A program made the position numbers and the translations under genes. A stretch of 64,000 nucleotides of DNA from positions 186,001-250,000 of the forward strand of contig JAUFOR010000006.1 of NCBI GenBank assembly GCA_040285745.1, written 5' to 3'. Shown in pieces: positions 19,501-26,386 of the stretch. This stretch comes from Barthelona sp. PCE (taxonomy: Eukaryota). Every line of letters starts with the position of its first letter. The stretch's first letter is position 1. Below the pieces are notes generated by a model, which was given only the letters and a program-made list of their open reading frames with translations, searched no databases and had not been told where the DNA came from.

Positions 19501-21943
19501 CATCCGTAACGTGTTGTTGTCTATCGTAAAAATTCTCCTCCTCAAAATTCTCTTGCTGCTGAGCATCATCGCAAACAATCTCATCAAGAAGGCAGACCTT
19601 GCCTAATCTCATGACAAGCATGGCAAAACGATCTAATAAATTATCTACGTTGATTCTGAGTAGGTCAAACTCCAAGAAATGGGTGTGTGCACTTGTCAAG
19701 AAACTCTCGATTGCACCCTCGTTATCCCAGTGGACGTTATCCAGACCAGTATGGAAGATGCTCTCTAACCTCACAATTGAACTGGATAAAAACGGAATAC
19801 TCACCTGTGAAAGTGATTGGATGAGTCTTTTACGTTGAGAAATGACCTCGTTCACACTATTAATGAAGCTGTACTTGAGTGATTGACCCTTGGGAGTTGA
19901 GCTATCAATGTTTTGGTCGACAAAACTTTCATCACGAAGCTTCAAAAGCACTGTATCATCAAGGTTGAGTGAGACGTTGCCACTAGCCTTGCGGCGGAGC
20001 AGACTTGATGAAAAAGCATGATTAGAAATTGAATCACCAGCTAATTTGGTTTGTATTGAAGTCTCCAATTTGATAATCTTCAATAATAATTGATTGTGAT
20101 AATCAATCAAGGTCTGAGCACTCTTCTGAGAAATGATACTCTTATCAACTAACATATTAAATACCTTCATTGGTTCTTCAATTTTTTGTGTTAAAACCTT
20201 ACAATACACAAACAATGTAGAATTCGGAGTACCATTACGAATCAATGAAGCATTCTTATACGTCAAATCACGATATAAATCACCAATACGATTTAGATTA
20301 CGTTGCAACGTAGCCTGGAAATTCAATCCAATCTCTGCGATAGCACGACGTATAGTTGGCCGAATACTTAATTCTAATAGGCTTTCAATGAATTTTCCTT
20401 GGAAAGTAAGTGCATTATCATCAAGTAATTGGAAATACCCATGAATTTTTTGTACCATTTGTGTCTCAACTTGTTTAACTTTGGTTTCAGTATCGGATAA
20501 TTCATCATCAAAATAACCTGTAACATCTTTGAACGGATCTAAATGACAATCATACAGAGGTGCTATGACTTCTTCTATGACATCAAAATTAAATAAAAAG
20601 CTTACAGGGATAGCTGTTTCGCTTTGAATAAGTGGTACATATACAAAAAAGAGTTGTAATTGTTCAACAAATGAGGCAAGTTTAGAGGCAAAAAAACTTA
20701 AATCTTCCAAGACATGTGTACTAGCATAAATAGATCTTAAACGATTATCAACTGCATCTAATAAAATTTGTCTAAAAACGTTCACAACACTAATAATATC
20801 AGTAGAATGATCTCTAAAACTTAATAATGTATCTTTCTGAAGTAAAAAACTAAATTTAAATTGATCATCTTCAGTGTTGAATAAAATCGTCTTGCAGATG
20901 TATAAAAATAGATTAATACCGGAACGTAAGAGATATGTTGTGTTGTCAGACAAACTATAAAACTTAGAGTTACGTATAACATTCAAAAGTGCATGGGCCA
21001 ATTCTCCTGAACTTCTAATATTAGCACGAAGTTCATCATGGTTCTTACATAAATTATACAAAGGTGTTATGTGCTTCAATGTATCTCTGATCAGCACATC
21101 GGTAGTTGATACCTTAGTTTCAAGAAACCTCCAATTACGAAGACTTGGTGACTTAGCAAGTGTTAACAGATTAACAGCAGCACGTAACATCGTTTCATTA
21201 CGCATAGTCTCAATAATCTGTTGGAAACGATTAGAGAAAGTAAACCAAACTCCGAATTCAAATTCAGGACCGATCTTTAGGTAAGATCCACGTGACTTCT
21301 GCAGTTCATTAAGTGAATCAAGTACAGGAACTAGTAATTCCATCCATTGGTTTAAAACACTCTCGCAATCAGCAACGCATTCAGCATTCTGTAAAGCAGA
21401 AGCTGGGTTACGCAATAGACGAGACCATTTCCTGTCTGGTTTAGGTAAAATAAAGCTTAAATCAATGTTGATTTCAAAAAGAAAATCGCTTAAACCTTTA
21501 TCTGATAATCTAGGTTGCATAAAAGGTCCGATAATACTCTTGAATATGTCTACAATGGTTACTGAGGCTGAAACACTAAACATACTTAAAGATTCCATTG
21601 ATTTTTCAGAGTCAAAAACTACTTGAGTAGTTCTGAAAAATATATACCGAAATGGATGATCTTCAAACGTTACAGGGAACTCTACTAATTTATCTCGTGT
21701 GCTAGGGATAAAGAAATTAATGTAATTCTTTGCATCTGAAGACAGATTACTGCTGTCCAGCATCCTAAAGAATTCCTGAGAAACTGTCATAACCATAAAC
21801 CCTGTAGATGAGTCGTGGACAAATCTGCTTAAAGAATCACTGAAATACTCTTCCAGACACCCAATAAGCTCTGGAATTATAAAACTTGTTACAGAACCGA
21901 TTTGAACGATTCTGTCCGCCAGGAAAGAAGCGAATGTCTCCAT
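7523..21943 (-). CDS. Highly divergent axonemal dynein heavy chain (outer-arm gamma/DNAH5-like tail), 4806 aa
   Basis: Size; DHC_N1-like GPEFEFGVW...LAKSPSLRNWR; linker LPHLFFVSPIQLLDLMG, YPSQSVF, WQHFPRF; AAA2 P-loop GGNFTGKTT; collinear but degenerate AAA1 and AAA3 motifs. Confidence 0.85.
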   Translation of the reverse strand: METFASFLADRIVQIGSVTSFIIPELIGCLEEYFSDSLSRFVHDSSTGFMVMTVSQEFFRMLDSSNLSSDAKNYINFFIPSTRDKLVEFPVTFEDHPFRYIFFRTTQVVFDSEKSMESLSMFSVSASVTIVDIFKSIIGPFMQPRLSDKGLSDFLFEINIDLSFILPKPDRKWSRLLRNPASALQNAECVADCESVLNQWMELLVPVLDSLNELQKSRGSYLKIGPEFEFGVWFTFSNRFQQIIETMRNETMLRAAVNLLTLAKSPSLRNWRFLETKVSTTDVLIRDTLKHITPLYNLCKNHDELRANIRSSGELAHALLNVIRNSKFYSLSDNTTYLLRSGINLFLYICKTILFNTEDDQFKFSFLLQKDTLLSFRDHSTDIISVVNVFRQILLDAVDNRLRSIYASTHVLEDLSFFASKLASFVEQLQLFFVYVPLIQSETAIPVSFLFNFDVIEEVIAPLYDCHLDPFKDVTGYFDDELSDTETKVKQVETQMVQKIHGYFQLLDDNALTFQGKFIESLLELSIRPTIRRAIAEIGLNFQATLQRNLNRIGDLYRDLTYKNASLIRNGTPNSTLFVYCKVLTQKIEEPMKVFNMLVDKSIISQKSAQTLIDYHNQLLLKIIKLETSIQTKLAGDSISNHAFSSSLLRRKASGNVSLNLDDTVLLKLRDESFVDQNIDSSTPKGQSLKYSFINSVNEVISQRKRLIQSLSQVSIPFLSSSIVRLESIFHTGLDNVHWDNEGAIESFLTSAHTHFLEFDLLRINVDNLLDRFAMLVMRLGKVCLLDEIVCDDAQQQENFEEENFYDRQQHVTDAATRLTQRLNPATTRRSHQNTLRRMYDSENRHMTNVRSLSDLISYFETNIRSNMKVVEAILTSAGEVLNELACFVGLTSSSISDLKQDDHCSILFRDLYLCFKQIIHYSFNKFYTDFKSSKNPLFFISMQLEIPSITTNLSLAVIQKEISSMWQRVFSSLRENQFITQFFDVDSVLNKELFIPIFRTQSYFRKLGDPIQLRCSTFLDTFKWIITKQPEVELAYLEKESISSIEFEKQFDGLADVRSKLFSIPDFITFGNIKSVCLKTVAMKNALNTELTHWFDVIASFLRKKCVFVLETIIRSCEDILSSAHSDLSDLSTFHQLQHVVQKASDARIDVDLQLKDVEEGYLLLERYDTSMSHESVFYAAELFPNFRTAIAAHKVSGPLQFFAETVQKRYKSVKSQRKKEMGGGSTNASFLSSHPGSRSISRRSSLASMNSVDSFHSGVSGMSGVSGRSGLRVPSINLPGKKKRNDEEMNAAALIIQRVFRGYAVRKLMREMMSMAFSAEDAKRRGLVTQFFSAKNDDDDRSVYTALTSGTGFSMGSKRSDRTGLTGFTSFTRNTSTSMFSSFSGGTRNTLKSLASEFHHNDDILATLNAYAVFPLSRVEDVQEAFFKLVASDMFDRAMNQVEALQQNILEAKSDIIQKISQLKESISMESTRLMSMFESNALFALDLEPEETIRRANEYGVLLREIEENVKVCLSGKTVVDDLVITFPEGFKQVKEEISYAESVISFYNETNDHWKGFLLETVDSIDLNTLKEKSRSFKAKLDNLTRDRAPIVVKSPIVVLISTTLKRFFELQMVVERLSETNLTSHKFSQIVAQFGSAEFISEMNNVITSNSKLQFTVQHLISLNLIDRHKELFKLLDIFNEEDRVFNSVSTFVDRLQASTFKTTEFLGLPMFNEEQMSTIHHSIVIATDDGYDSFSQLRILADTQEHVAIGKDVGSSTLKIVDTMINMMKFFHQSVAVLQQTQSLIKKLHLIRYAVDNKVLHVSSHVYDTLVERLDSWESIYSKSKNEHFLILKFFLNFDGLSFVPNPIGDFILPNLLKECEHLADILSSDLNYICSTLPHLFFVSPIQLLDLMGAISMPGARLSDIIKDDVANSIAPGCQRVLVEGDYITAVVNVAGEVFPLVDPVSDLLDMAVTDDRCHHCNLFLEKYIPMAVKNSILTCRQNFNLKSLVDLIDQYPSQSVFVSIMIDFTQRMNQAFSHHAELRSLLKTLQNEYTDCLSRLQSMIHSVAGTLKNDSHQNAQILKLQCCLTAIVMCRDCVIAMQAEQVRSVEDSIWQHFPRFELTKDEETGSIGINILTGVITPMKYHFAIKTPVNKRMHSFFAITRNMLDFVTKLPFYHSNIAGVAVYQGQPNMGRESNCEFASYLLGCKCYTISMSRSINPKGISRLMAGASSISCTLILKNYVDLPEETQIIFDECSRYLLTSHYLKREQLELPLMTVSTDANYDGAIVMTTNQFVDKDYYWHIKLGDYDLDGFVVNYLRHQGLVCPCSVGIIVSWFIQLFSSTFSSYLNVHQIIVIFDVCCTLLRNTEYPQMSKNIEHYIREDLSFNSNNPIMLHELSLIGEVLSVYLQSSLDDTVILDIREIQPKEKTSKGQKHTPSVIDKMMNSGEPFFDGAQPTSEMTIFKQMIQKAFGKDSYCDDFSILEPISTFFAPVSERREHLMVQIDEVCLDVLNELHLTPTTSFMRVFRGLILRCILFSGSVITGGNFTGKTTLSLVLETVLSRVPMKFFHCEPNEQQARVFYVPPNCHLRHASRPIHYTFLEKNAVAIVHHDLFSKAQKESSDVHCDLTTHMKVNVVETDNILEHFNEPMKMDVDEIIVVETMDHDLVSSYGNPVVKCSSTVIDTYSIIEKFGNRCNEMFSFLDFDFVEHFGTFYGSYFDSLVKVVKDTDPEAQVAHKSLLFSLNILGGILILWNRKSILNSSNVLALSQRACLFALIWGACSGVSMDTIGIAVSHLLEIMDAEYLEYKGSTLSEDQLYDYVPCLVTGGWRSARVLLKNMYTHNRSLAYNLDFIVDVPFIFDQHIIGFAFVGSSSQLIDRSITIKLVGDQGLGMTNWFGNLFSSFIEEFDFSSVTNRVDVETISYDAMRDLVLNETVFTRFDVIKPKNSALDLGIFTFDNINIAKPELQEFLHGCLFGRICLNPAHVRAVGLGFLYYEHPSIVSENSIDRTAFKWSLNNFYPGRITDIITTLTDVILIERNGVTVETREKVVGALAAMSELLAAVVSESPFHGSKLFFEPIKAFFRGFRVILMEKSGEEKLNINLEDFKLLFMLYVSTCRPMLTLLPPDKRKEIISGLGSLSTLSRIDFSKNTFAIDLYDTESKQYSTRIFTEDDCDEFCMQLLPWNVPFVKKYSKKFTIPVCQVLQAFSVISDPHKVVRVVVNPVIADGLTFPNIEFEKCYEFAEFLHYRPIAFADALKHKEMLTSNCPTLIILSEVEYINHKERVLSDLLELMHIKGQFKIVFVCETDTVFGDFVQRKIAMFDRVTTVGIVVGSINQHLSSDVPIEVITADTVSHSYAKEERAEYMRMYEVIRNEEKQMHIHTSFPLVFQELIRLRSALSNDHISLKQNDTIPPFPDIFKGDDPVSTLRELSRKMRGVEGAKREKENEALFDHLKTHFLHFSDFNAQFDLVQVMPKVEQYARSDILSRIGLSVGFSAAMIVTRNGIEMSKIIADISAKVNKVKRMGSLITSQIDHFEVLRDQLKRDIEEKNIVIQECAQKIVSVEIQKQHNPCLGSSGEEALECSIEAMDELEEMSKNADLAREAMQTNSLELVEIEDKLEQVERELSRIVDMKPKLTSVFERFKVEFPYVGMTEVEVCYAQMQAIFHVIIVSLMDDNMYTEYIKKDNYTMFDRKLASNELLKFVPFITKYLRYKSHHSVPIICDEIVFIKIGALCSFCDVGVVPLFCPSPDHLFNVFEDISSMKLQHMQSIDDFTQTVFNNEDCMYVITISDVEQVRYWQTFLKTLGQAKKKRIMASITDKNGQMVLIPPTFRLSVVLENAGLLSSIPYMDVTFFPMSSQLPQSSLEHICAHVLFESEQVTLFNKLRHFNNRTTNEFIQCSKVLDEMELEEQADDVEIDDGLKLFDKLYNIFSAAVDLKQYEEVESYFNPYKIVARDVCVRHKVNTLSVAMFNDFISVHTQDDTFRYVNTCKRICTMATSAPVGSNSRIQNLLEVLKHYFSMVAFKIPKEQRFAAMLHNALQYQLQYHQKSKVLWDTLDRSDYMSLSAAASSLNSSHNSLRVALTITLVQTILSDVLFSKLNISVDDSVVRFFESVDASVYNEVELRFVFQQLPMTFTVMNPIEEFVFFFHVLKPYLTNLYGPVSYAVLPLLLSRFMDNASTPGQSLHVNSSAAHQMMDFSRRYDEIFGNKRIMLYTDSHDVTQYPLFNGAFLVPMAMGKFHIISLCVAHLKNKEDLFARLKPGIFVMIVISCDGLEELIDEIYELYGTEAYNDSQSRVMFAVTNNMWKVYQSKYQCPFMYFELDSDQHFGSIVSFSNALWLDVLPLVIGEVPLNLVRIGQCFSYLIGIMSYNFEKLKANIVFVFIVFSNIMEFVGLQRFTPGWVKAFAIHNSKVIGEDFGAKVGSTLAFYIMRMFEIANSDANEFLPGCPIISSTDLPKVREQFPKLQRTFGIPYSCVIGVNAPDGVPQSACAPSFLNVYNTVSGVRKLSKVIGNQLFTIGFSDSEKTVENGMRVIGQMTGRTVKPMALAMNEFVASQDSLQQPSSFLSFAMAMLKRNLEFHTAYLMKYIGAIVASKGLLQFEDDWFFATGCSYPKELNYWHLYPKNTQFFPGSILSHMLERRVEKELSAEHGMLSFSQMENRGEAVLSLLFMHSTRSFMSLRPFLNVSGKKSSIIPSFSGLSVPNNVYMSHNGQLQLNPPKNAHTVSSPNLYLSKVDIDAVPLVKPNCIFSVPKTHNVSLPQESENPYAINIYTGCSFTPNTIGFIDVMGEQMDLCDEPDRIIMLGKHVVE

Positions 21944-22476
21944 TGGCAGAAAATTCTATGCGAAAGATTGAAAAAAAAGAGAGAAAAAATATAACGTTCT
22001 AGCATTGTGCAGAACATTATATATCATTGTCTTACGCGAGTAACTGTGATTTAAGGCCATCACTACCTTGTTCAGTCCTTAAAAACATTCACTTCTCAAA
22101 CTATCCCATCTCATGCCGGCTTCTGAATTATCAGTTTTTGGTACGTAATCACCGCACATCGAACATTTTCAACTCCTTTTCAAACAGGAAATCGCATAGT
22201 TGAAACTCTTATGAGCAGAAACCAAATTGTTAACCACACAAATGAAACAGAATTTTTTCAGTTACACGCTGATTTTTTCCCACAAAAAGCCTTTTAGTGC
22301 TACACAAAGATCAGTGAAGCACAACTACAAGAAATAAATTTGCTTCCAATATACAAGTTTAATTCTTCCAAATTGAACGATCATATCGCATGTAAAGTCG
22401 CTAAAAATCACTTACACTCATCCAAAAGAGCAAAACTGCGTTTTCATTTTTATTACCTTTTCTTTTACTTTTTTTT

Positions 22477-23295
22477 ATGCATCCACCTGCAGAAAAACCG
22501 ATCATCCGTGCCACGAACGCCTCGTATGTTGTGGAGGATCTTGGAGCAGGATCAGGAAATCTTTTCATATCAAACATTCGTTTGGTGATTGATATTAAGA
22601 AAGGAGACCTTGCAAATCTCATCATTCCTCTGATTAATATTCAAAATCTTGAGCTAAAAACGCGATTGATGGGCCATACGTACATATTAGGTTCGTTCCT
22701 TTCACAAAACAAGAGCTATTACTTTAGAATCATGGTGAACCCTGGTGTTGAACAGATATACAACGTTATGAACGATGCTATTCTTGCTATTCGCCGTTAT
22801 TACACTCAACCAGCATATGTTCGTGTTCCAGTTCAAGCTCCTCAACCACAACCTGCTCAACAGATGAAACCTCCAGCTGAACAGGAAGTTAAGAAATCCA
22901 AGTCGCAGCAGCCTCAACAACCTCCTCAACATCAACATCAACAACAATATCAAGTTGTCCCTAATATGCAACCAATTGTGCACGAAAATGTTACGTATGT
23001 TCCTGTTGTGAGTTATATGCCGGTTCCCCAGCAGGGTATGCACCCTCAACCGCATCTTCAACAACCTCATACTCAACAACCTAAACATCATGGTATGCCA
23101 AAATTGAATATGCAAAAATTGAAGCAAGCAACGCAAAGAGTTATGCAGCATGTTAACCAACGATTTTCAACGCCCCAGGCACAGAATGTTGGTCGTGTAT
23201 TTGTTCATCCTCAACAACAGGTTAATCCTCAGCAAGGTCAACAGCGATACAGTGCTCCATCTTCAATTCCTGTTTATAACCCGGTTCGCAAGTAA
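22477..23295 (+). CDS. GRAM/PH-like domain protein with Q/P-rich tail (WBP2-like)
   Basis: GSGNLFISNIRLVI...IPLINIQNLEL fits a GRAM-type fold; low-complexity Q/P/H C-terminal half. Confidence 0.6.
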   Translation: MHPPAEKPIIRATNASYVVEDLGAGSGNLFISNIRLVIDIKKGDLANLIIPLINIQNLELKTRLMGHTYILGSFLSQNKSYYFRIMVNPGVEQIYNVMNDAILAIRRYYTQPAYVRVPVQAPQPQPAQQMKPPAEQEVKKSKSQQPQQPPQHQHQQQYQVVPNMQPIVHENVTYVPVVSYMPVPQQGMHPQPHLQQPHTQQPKHHGMPKLNMQKLKQATQRVMQHVNQRFSTPQAQNVGRVFVHPQQQVNPQQGQQRYSAPSSIPVYNPVRK

Positions 23296-23365
23296 TTATA
23301 TCTGTGAAACTGTACTGTTAATAGTTTTTTATTGTAAAAGAATTTATCACTAATTTCAAAAGTTT

Positions 23366-23866
23366 ATGGGACAAACTCTTTCTGTAAAGCAAGTCGATGA
23401 TATACATGCGCTCTCTGGGATGGATAAAAATTCCATAAATTTGTGCTATTCACGTTTCTGCGAATTAAAAAGAAGTAGTGATGATGATGGTATCTACCTT
23501 GAGGATATTCAGCAGATTCCAGTATTCAGAGACCATCCTCTCTCTTCTGAAATAATCAGAGTGCTAAAGAAGAACGAAAATGACATTTCTCTTGATTTTA
23601 TGCATCTAACCAAATACTTAGGTACATTCCAAGATTCCTCTTCTCTCAAATTCGACCAGTTACAAAGCTTTTTTCATTTATTAAATGAAGATCGTGATAA
23701 TTCTCTAAAAAGAAATGAATTATATCATATGTTAAGTGTTTTATCTAAAGACGAACTTAATGATGAGCAACGTGGTGAAATCGTAGAGTCCTTCTTCTCA
23801 TTAGTAGATCCTATCTTTTATGATGCCATATCATTTGAAGAATTTTTATCAACTTTTTTAGAATAA
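23366..23866 (+). CDS. Calcineurin-B/CHP-like EF-hand protein
   Basis: Myristoylation-type start MGQTLS; LCYSRFCEL, HPLSSEII, EF-hand-like NEDRDNSLKRNEL and ISFEEF. The EF loops are degenerate. Confidence 0.8.
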   Translation: MGQTLSVKQVDDIHALSGMDKNSINLCYSRFCELKRSSDDDGIYLEDIQQIPVFRDHPLSSEIIRVLKKNENDISLDFMHLTKYLGTFQDSSSLKFDQLQSFFHLLNEDRDNSLKRNELYHMLSVLSKDELNDEQRGEIVESFFSLVDPIFYDAISFEEFLSTFLE

Positions 23867-23885
23867 GTAATTTTTTTTTCTTTTC

Positions 23886-24389
23886 TTAAAGCATTGTATG
23901 TAAGAAATTATGTGTTTTTTCAGGTTCCTTGTGTACTTCACCAAATATTCTAAGTTCTCTAACAATAGAATTACGACCATTTTCAAAATTTGATGGTATA
24001 ACAACTTGCAAACTTGAACATGTAATACCCTCAGTATATATCGTTACAAAACCTTTTTTGTTAACAGGACAATCTACACCCTGGCCGTATTGCATCATTT
24101 CACTGGGATGATCACCATAACGTAATAATAACACATTGGGAGAATAATCTTTATCAGAAAAAACATTCAAATACAGTGATACAGCCTTGATGGAGTAAAT
24201 GTGTGGGAGAAATATGTTAATGGAGTGCGGCATTCTTGCGTCTGACTTCCAATATGTTTGAGGATCACGATCTAACAAATTCGCTGGTAAGTGTTCTCTA
24301 TGACAAGTGCTACATGTTACAATAAAGTCCCTGATCTCTGCCCCGCATCCAATCACTGGAGCTGAAACTTCATCTATGAATTCGCCCAT
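23886..24389 (-). CDS. APC10: Anaphase-promoting complex subunit 10 (DOC domain)
   Basis: NLLDRDPQTYWKSDARMPHSINI, DKDYSP and NFENGRNSIVRELRIFG match Apc10/Doc1; likely start MGEFIDE at 24389. Confidence 0.85.
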   Translation of the reverse strand: MGEFIDEVSAPVIGCGAEIRDFIVTCSTCHREHLPANLLDRDPQTYWKSDARMPHSINIFLPHIYSIKAVSLYLNVFSDKDYSPNVLLLRYGDHPSEMMQYGQGVDCPVNKKGFVTIYTEGITCSSLQVVIPSNFENGRNSIVRELRIFGEVHKEPEKTHNFLHTML

Positions 24390-24531
24390 ATAAGCAATAA
24401 AAAACCGAAACCGATCAATTCCAACCAACACAAAACCTTTGCGCTGAGAAACGTGCATTCCGGATAAAACACAGCCTGTTGTAACATGAAATTAAAGCGA
24501 AACAACTGTATTCTCATTTTCGACTCATTTT

Positions 24532-25923
24532 ATGTACACAACCCAACCCGTAAAGGAATCTGGTTCTCCATTGCTGTACAGCAATACAAACACACCCGTC
24601 TATGCTGATGATTCTGCTGAGCTTCCAGTTAAGAAGCGTGGCTGTACGGATATCATCTTTTCCATCATTTTCATTGCAGTTTTGATCTATTACTTCATCA
24701 ATACTGCCCAGTACTTTGATTTAGACCTTGCATTTAAGCCTAAAACAACATCTTTCAAGTTTAACGATGTTTTAAAAACTTCGTTGTGGCTTTGTGGTGG
24801 TTTTGGTATTGCTTGGCTTATCCTCCTCCGTTACCTTTCCGGAGTCCTTGTCTGGATGCTTGCTATTGTTGGAAATGGTGCTTTATATGTTGTAGGTTTC
24901 CTCGTTTACCGTAATCCTGAAACCCTAAAATTATCAAGTCAAAACGCCTTCTACCTTATGATTATCATTGAGATTGTTGCTATTGTCATTACTTTATTGT
25001 TGATTCTGCTTCGTAACAAAATTAAATTAACTATAGGACTGCTAAAGAATTCTGTTTCTGCTTTTACTTCAGTTCCTTCTGTCGTCTTTGTTTCAGTAAT
25101 CGTTGCTGCCATCATGATCTGTGCAATTCTGTATGGTGTCGTCGTTAACATCAATGCTGTTACTGCATTAAGCGCAGGGGACAGTGCCAAATTTGTCATC
25201 TTTGTTGTTTTTGTAACTGCTTGGATTGGTTTCTTCCTCAGCGGCCTCCTTCAGCTCTCTATCGGTGGTGGTATCGGACATTGGTACTTTACAAAGGATC
25301 GCACTATGGGAACACCTGGATGCTTCCGTTACCTCTTCTTTGGTCTCACTCTTCATCTTGGTACTATTGCTGTGGGTTCCCTTATTCTCGCCATTCTCTT
25401 CACAATTAGATTTATTGTTAATAAGGCTAAAAAGAGCGCTAAAGCCAAGGGTAACAAGATTGGTGCTTGTTTGTTAGGTTGTATCGCTTGTTGTTTGAAA
25501 TGCTTCGAATCTCTCATTGATTGGTTAACCAGTTATGCATATATTTTCGTTGCACTCCATGGTGAATCATTTATTTCCAGTGGTAAACGTGTTACTGCTT
25601 TGCTGAAGAAGCATTTCGATACTGCTGCTGTCAATGATGGCCTTTCTTGGTTTATCTTTACCGTTGGTAATATTTTATTAGGTGTACTCACTTATTCCGT
25701 ACTTGGAAAAATCTATGAAGATGCTACTACTTCTCAACGTATGATGGGTGCTTCTATTGTATTTGTCTTCTTATACGCACTCAGTCTTATGCTTAAACGT
25801 GTTCTTCAAGCTGTTTTTGTTTGCTTTGCTGAAGATGCCGAAGATGGTTATAAGTATACACCTGTGGAACTTCGAGCAATTATCGAAGGTTCAGATCTCG
25901 TTGTTAAGGACAATAGTGTTTAG
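24532..25923 (+). CDS. Choline transporter-like protein (CTL/SLC44/Pns1 family)
   Basis: KRGCTDIIF, IGHWYF, HLGTIAVGSLI, CIACCLKCFE, YAYIFVALHGESF, FVCFAED; about 10 TM segments. Confidence 0.9.
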   Translation: MYTTQPVKESGSPLLYSNTNTPVYADDSAELPVKKRGCTDIIFSIIFIAVLIYYFINTAQYFDLDLAFKPKTTSFKFNDVLKTSLWLCGGFGIAWLILLRYLSGVLVWMLAIVGNGALYVVGFLVYRNPETLKLSSQNAFYLMIIIEIVAIVITLLLILLRNKIKLTIGLLKNSVSAFTSVPSVVFVSVIVAAIMICAILYGVVVNINAVTALSAGDSAKFVIFVVFVTAWIGFFLSGLLQLSIGGGIGHWYFTKDRTMGTPGCFRYLFFGLTLHLGTIAVGSLILAILFTIRFIVNKAKKSAKAKGNKIGACLLGCIACCLKCFESLIDWLTSYAYIFVALHGESFISSGKRVTALLKKHFDTAAVNDGLSWFIFTVGNILLGVLTYSVLGKIYEDATTSQRMMGASIVFVFLYALSLMLKRVLQAVFVCFAEDAEDGYKYTPVELRAIIEGSDLVVKDNSV

Positions 25924-25949
25924 GTCCTGTGAATATGTTAATAAATAAG

Positions 25950-26276
25950 CTAGTTCTTGATGAAAATACATAACCAAACACATTCTTCTGATGTGAATGT
26001 GACTTTGTGCTTATGATGTGGCTTAATAAACACATAGCTTCCTTGAGTCATGTTAAGCGTTGATTTTTCCCCTGATCCGTCCAAAAATTCAAGGCTAGCA
26101 TTACCTCGTAGTAAGACAACGAATTCCCCTTCTTCTTGGTCATAATACTCTTCTGATGTCTGTCCGCACGACAATATGCGCTCAATTTTCACGTTATCCG
26201 TTTCCAACAATGTTGTAAATACTTCATCGTCAAATACACCTTCAGGAATGTTACTGAACAGGTTAGCAGGGTTCAT
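25950..26276 (-). CDS. Cupin-domain protein, bacterial type, 108 aa
   Basis: Start MNPANLFSNIP at 26276; VKIERILSCGQTS..YYDQEEGEFVVLLRGNASLEF...IKPHHKHKVTFTS..CVWLCIF. Confidence 0.85.
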   Translation of the reverse strand: MNPANLFSNIPEGVFDDEVFTTLLETDNVKIERILSCGQTSEEYYDQEEGEFVVLLRGNASLEFLDGSGEKSTLNMTQGSYVFIKPHHKHKVTFTSEECVWLCIFIKN

Positions 26277-26386
26277 TCTTAGTTGAAAACAGCTAAAACT
26301 GGCCAATGTAAGAAAAGGGAGAGAATGTGCAAAGAACATGAATTCACCTTTCTCTCTTTCTCTATTGTTTTTAATTGTTTTTTTGC

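Noticed and set aside
22702-23160. 152-aa antisense ORF and the many other nested or antisense short ORFs
   Set aside because: Shadows of real genes (here the complement of CAA/CCT-rich codons); no independent motifs.
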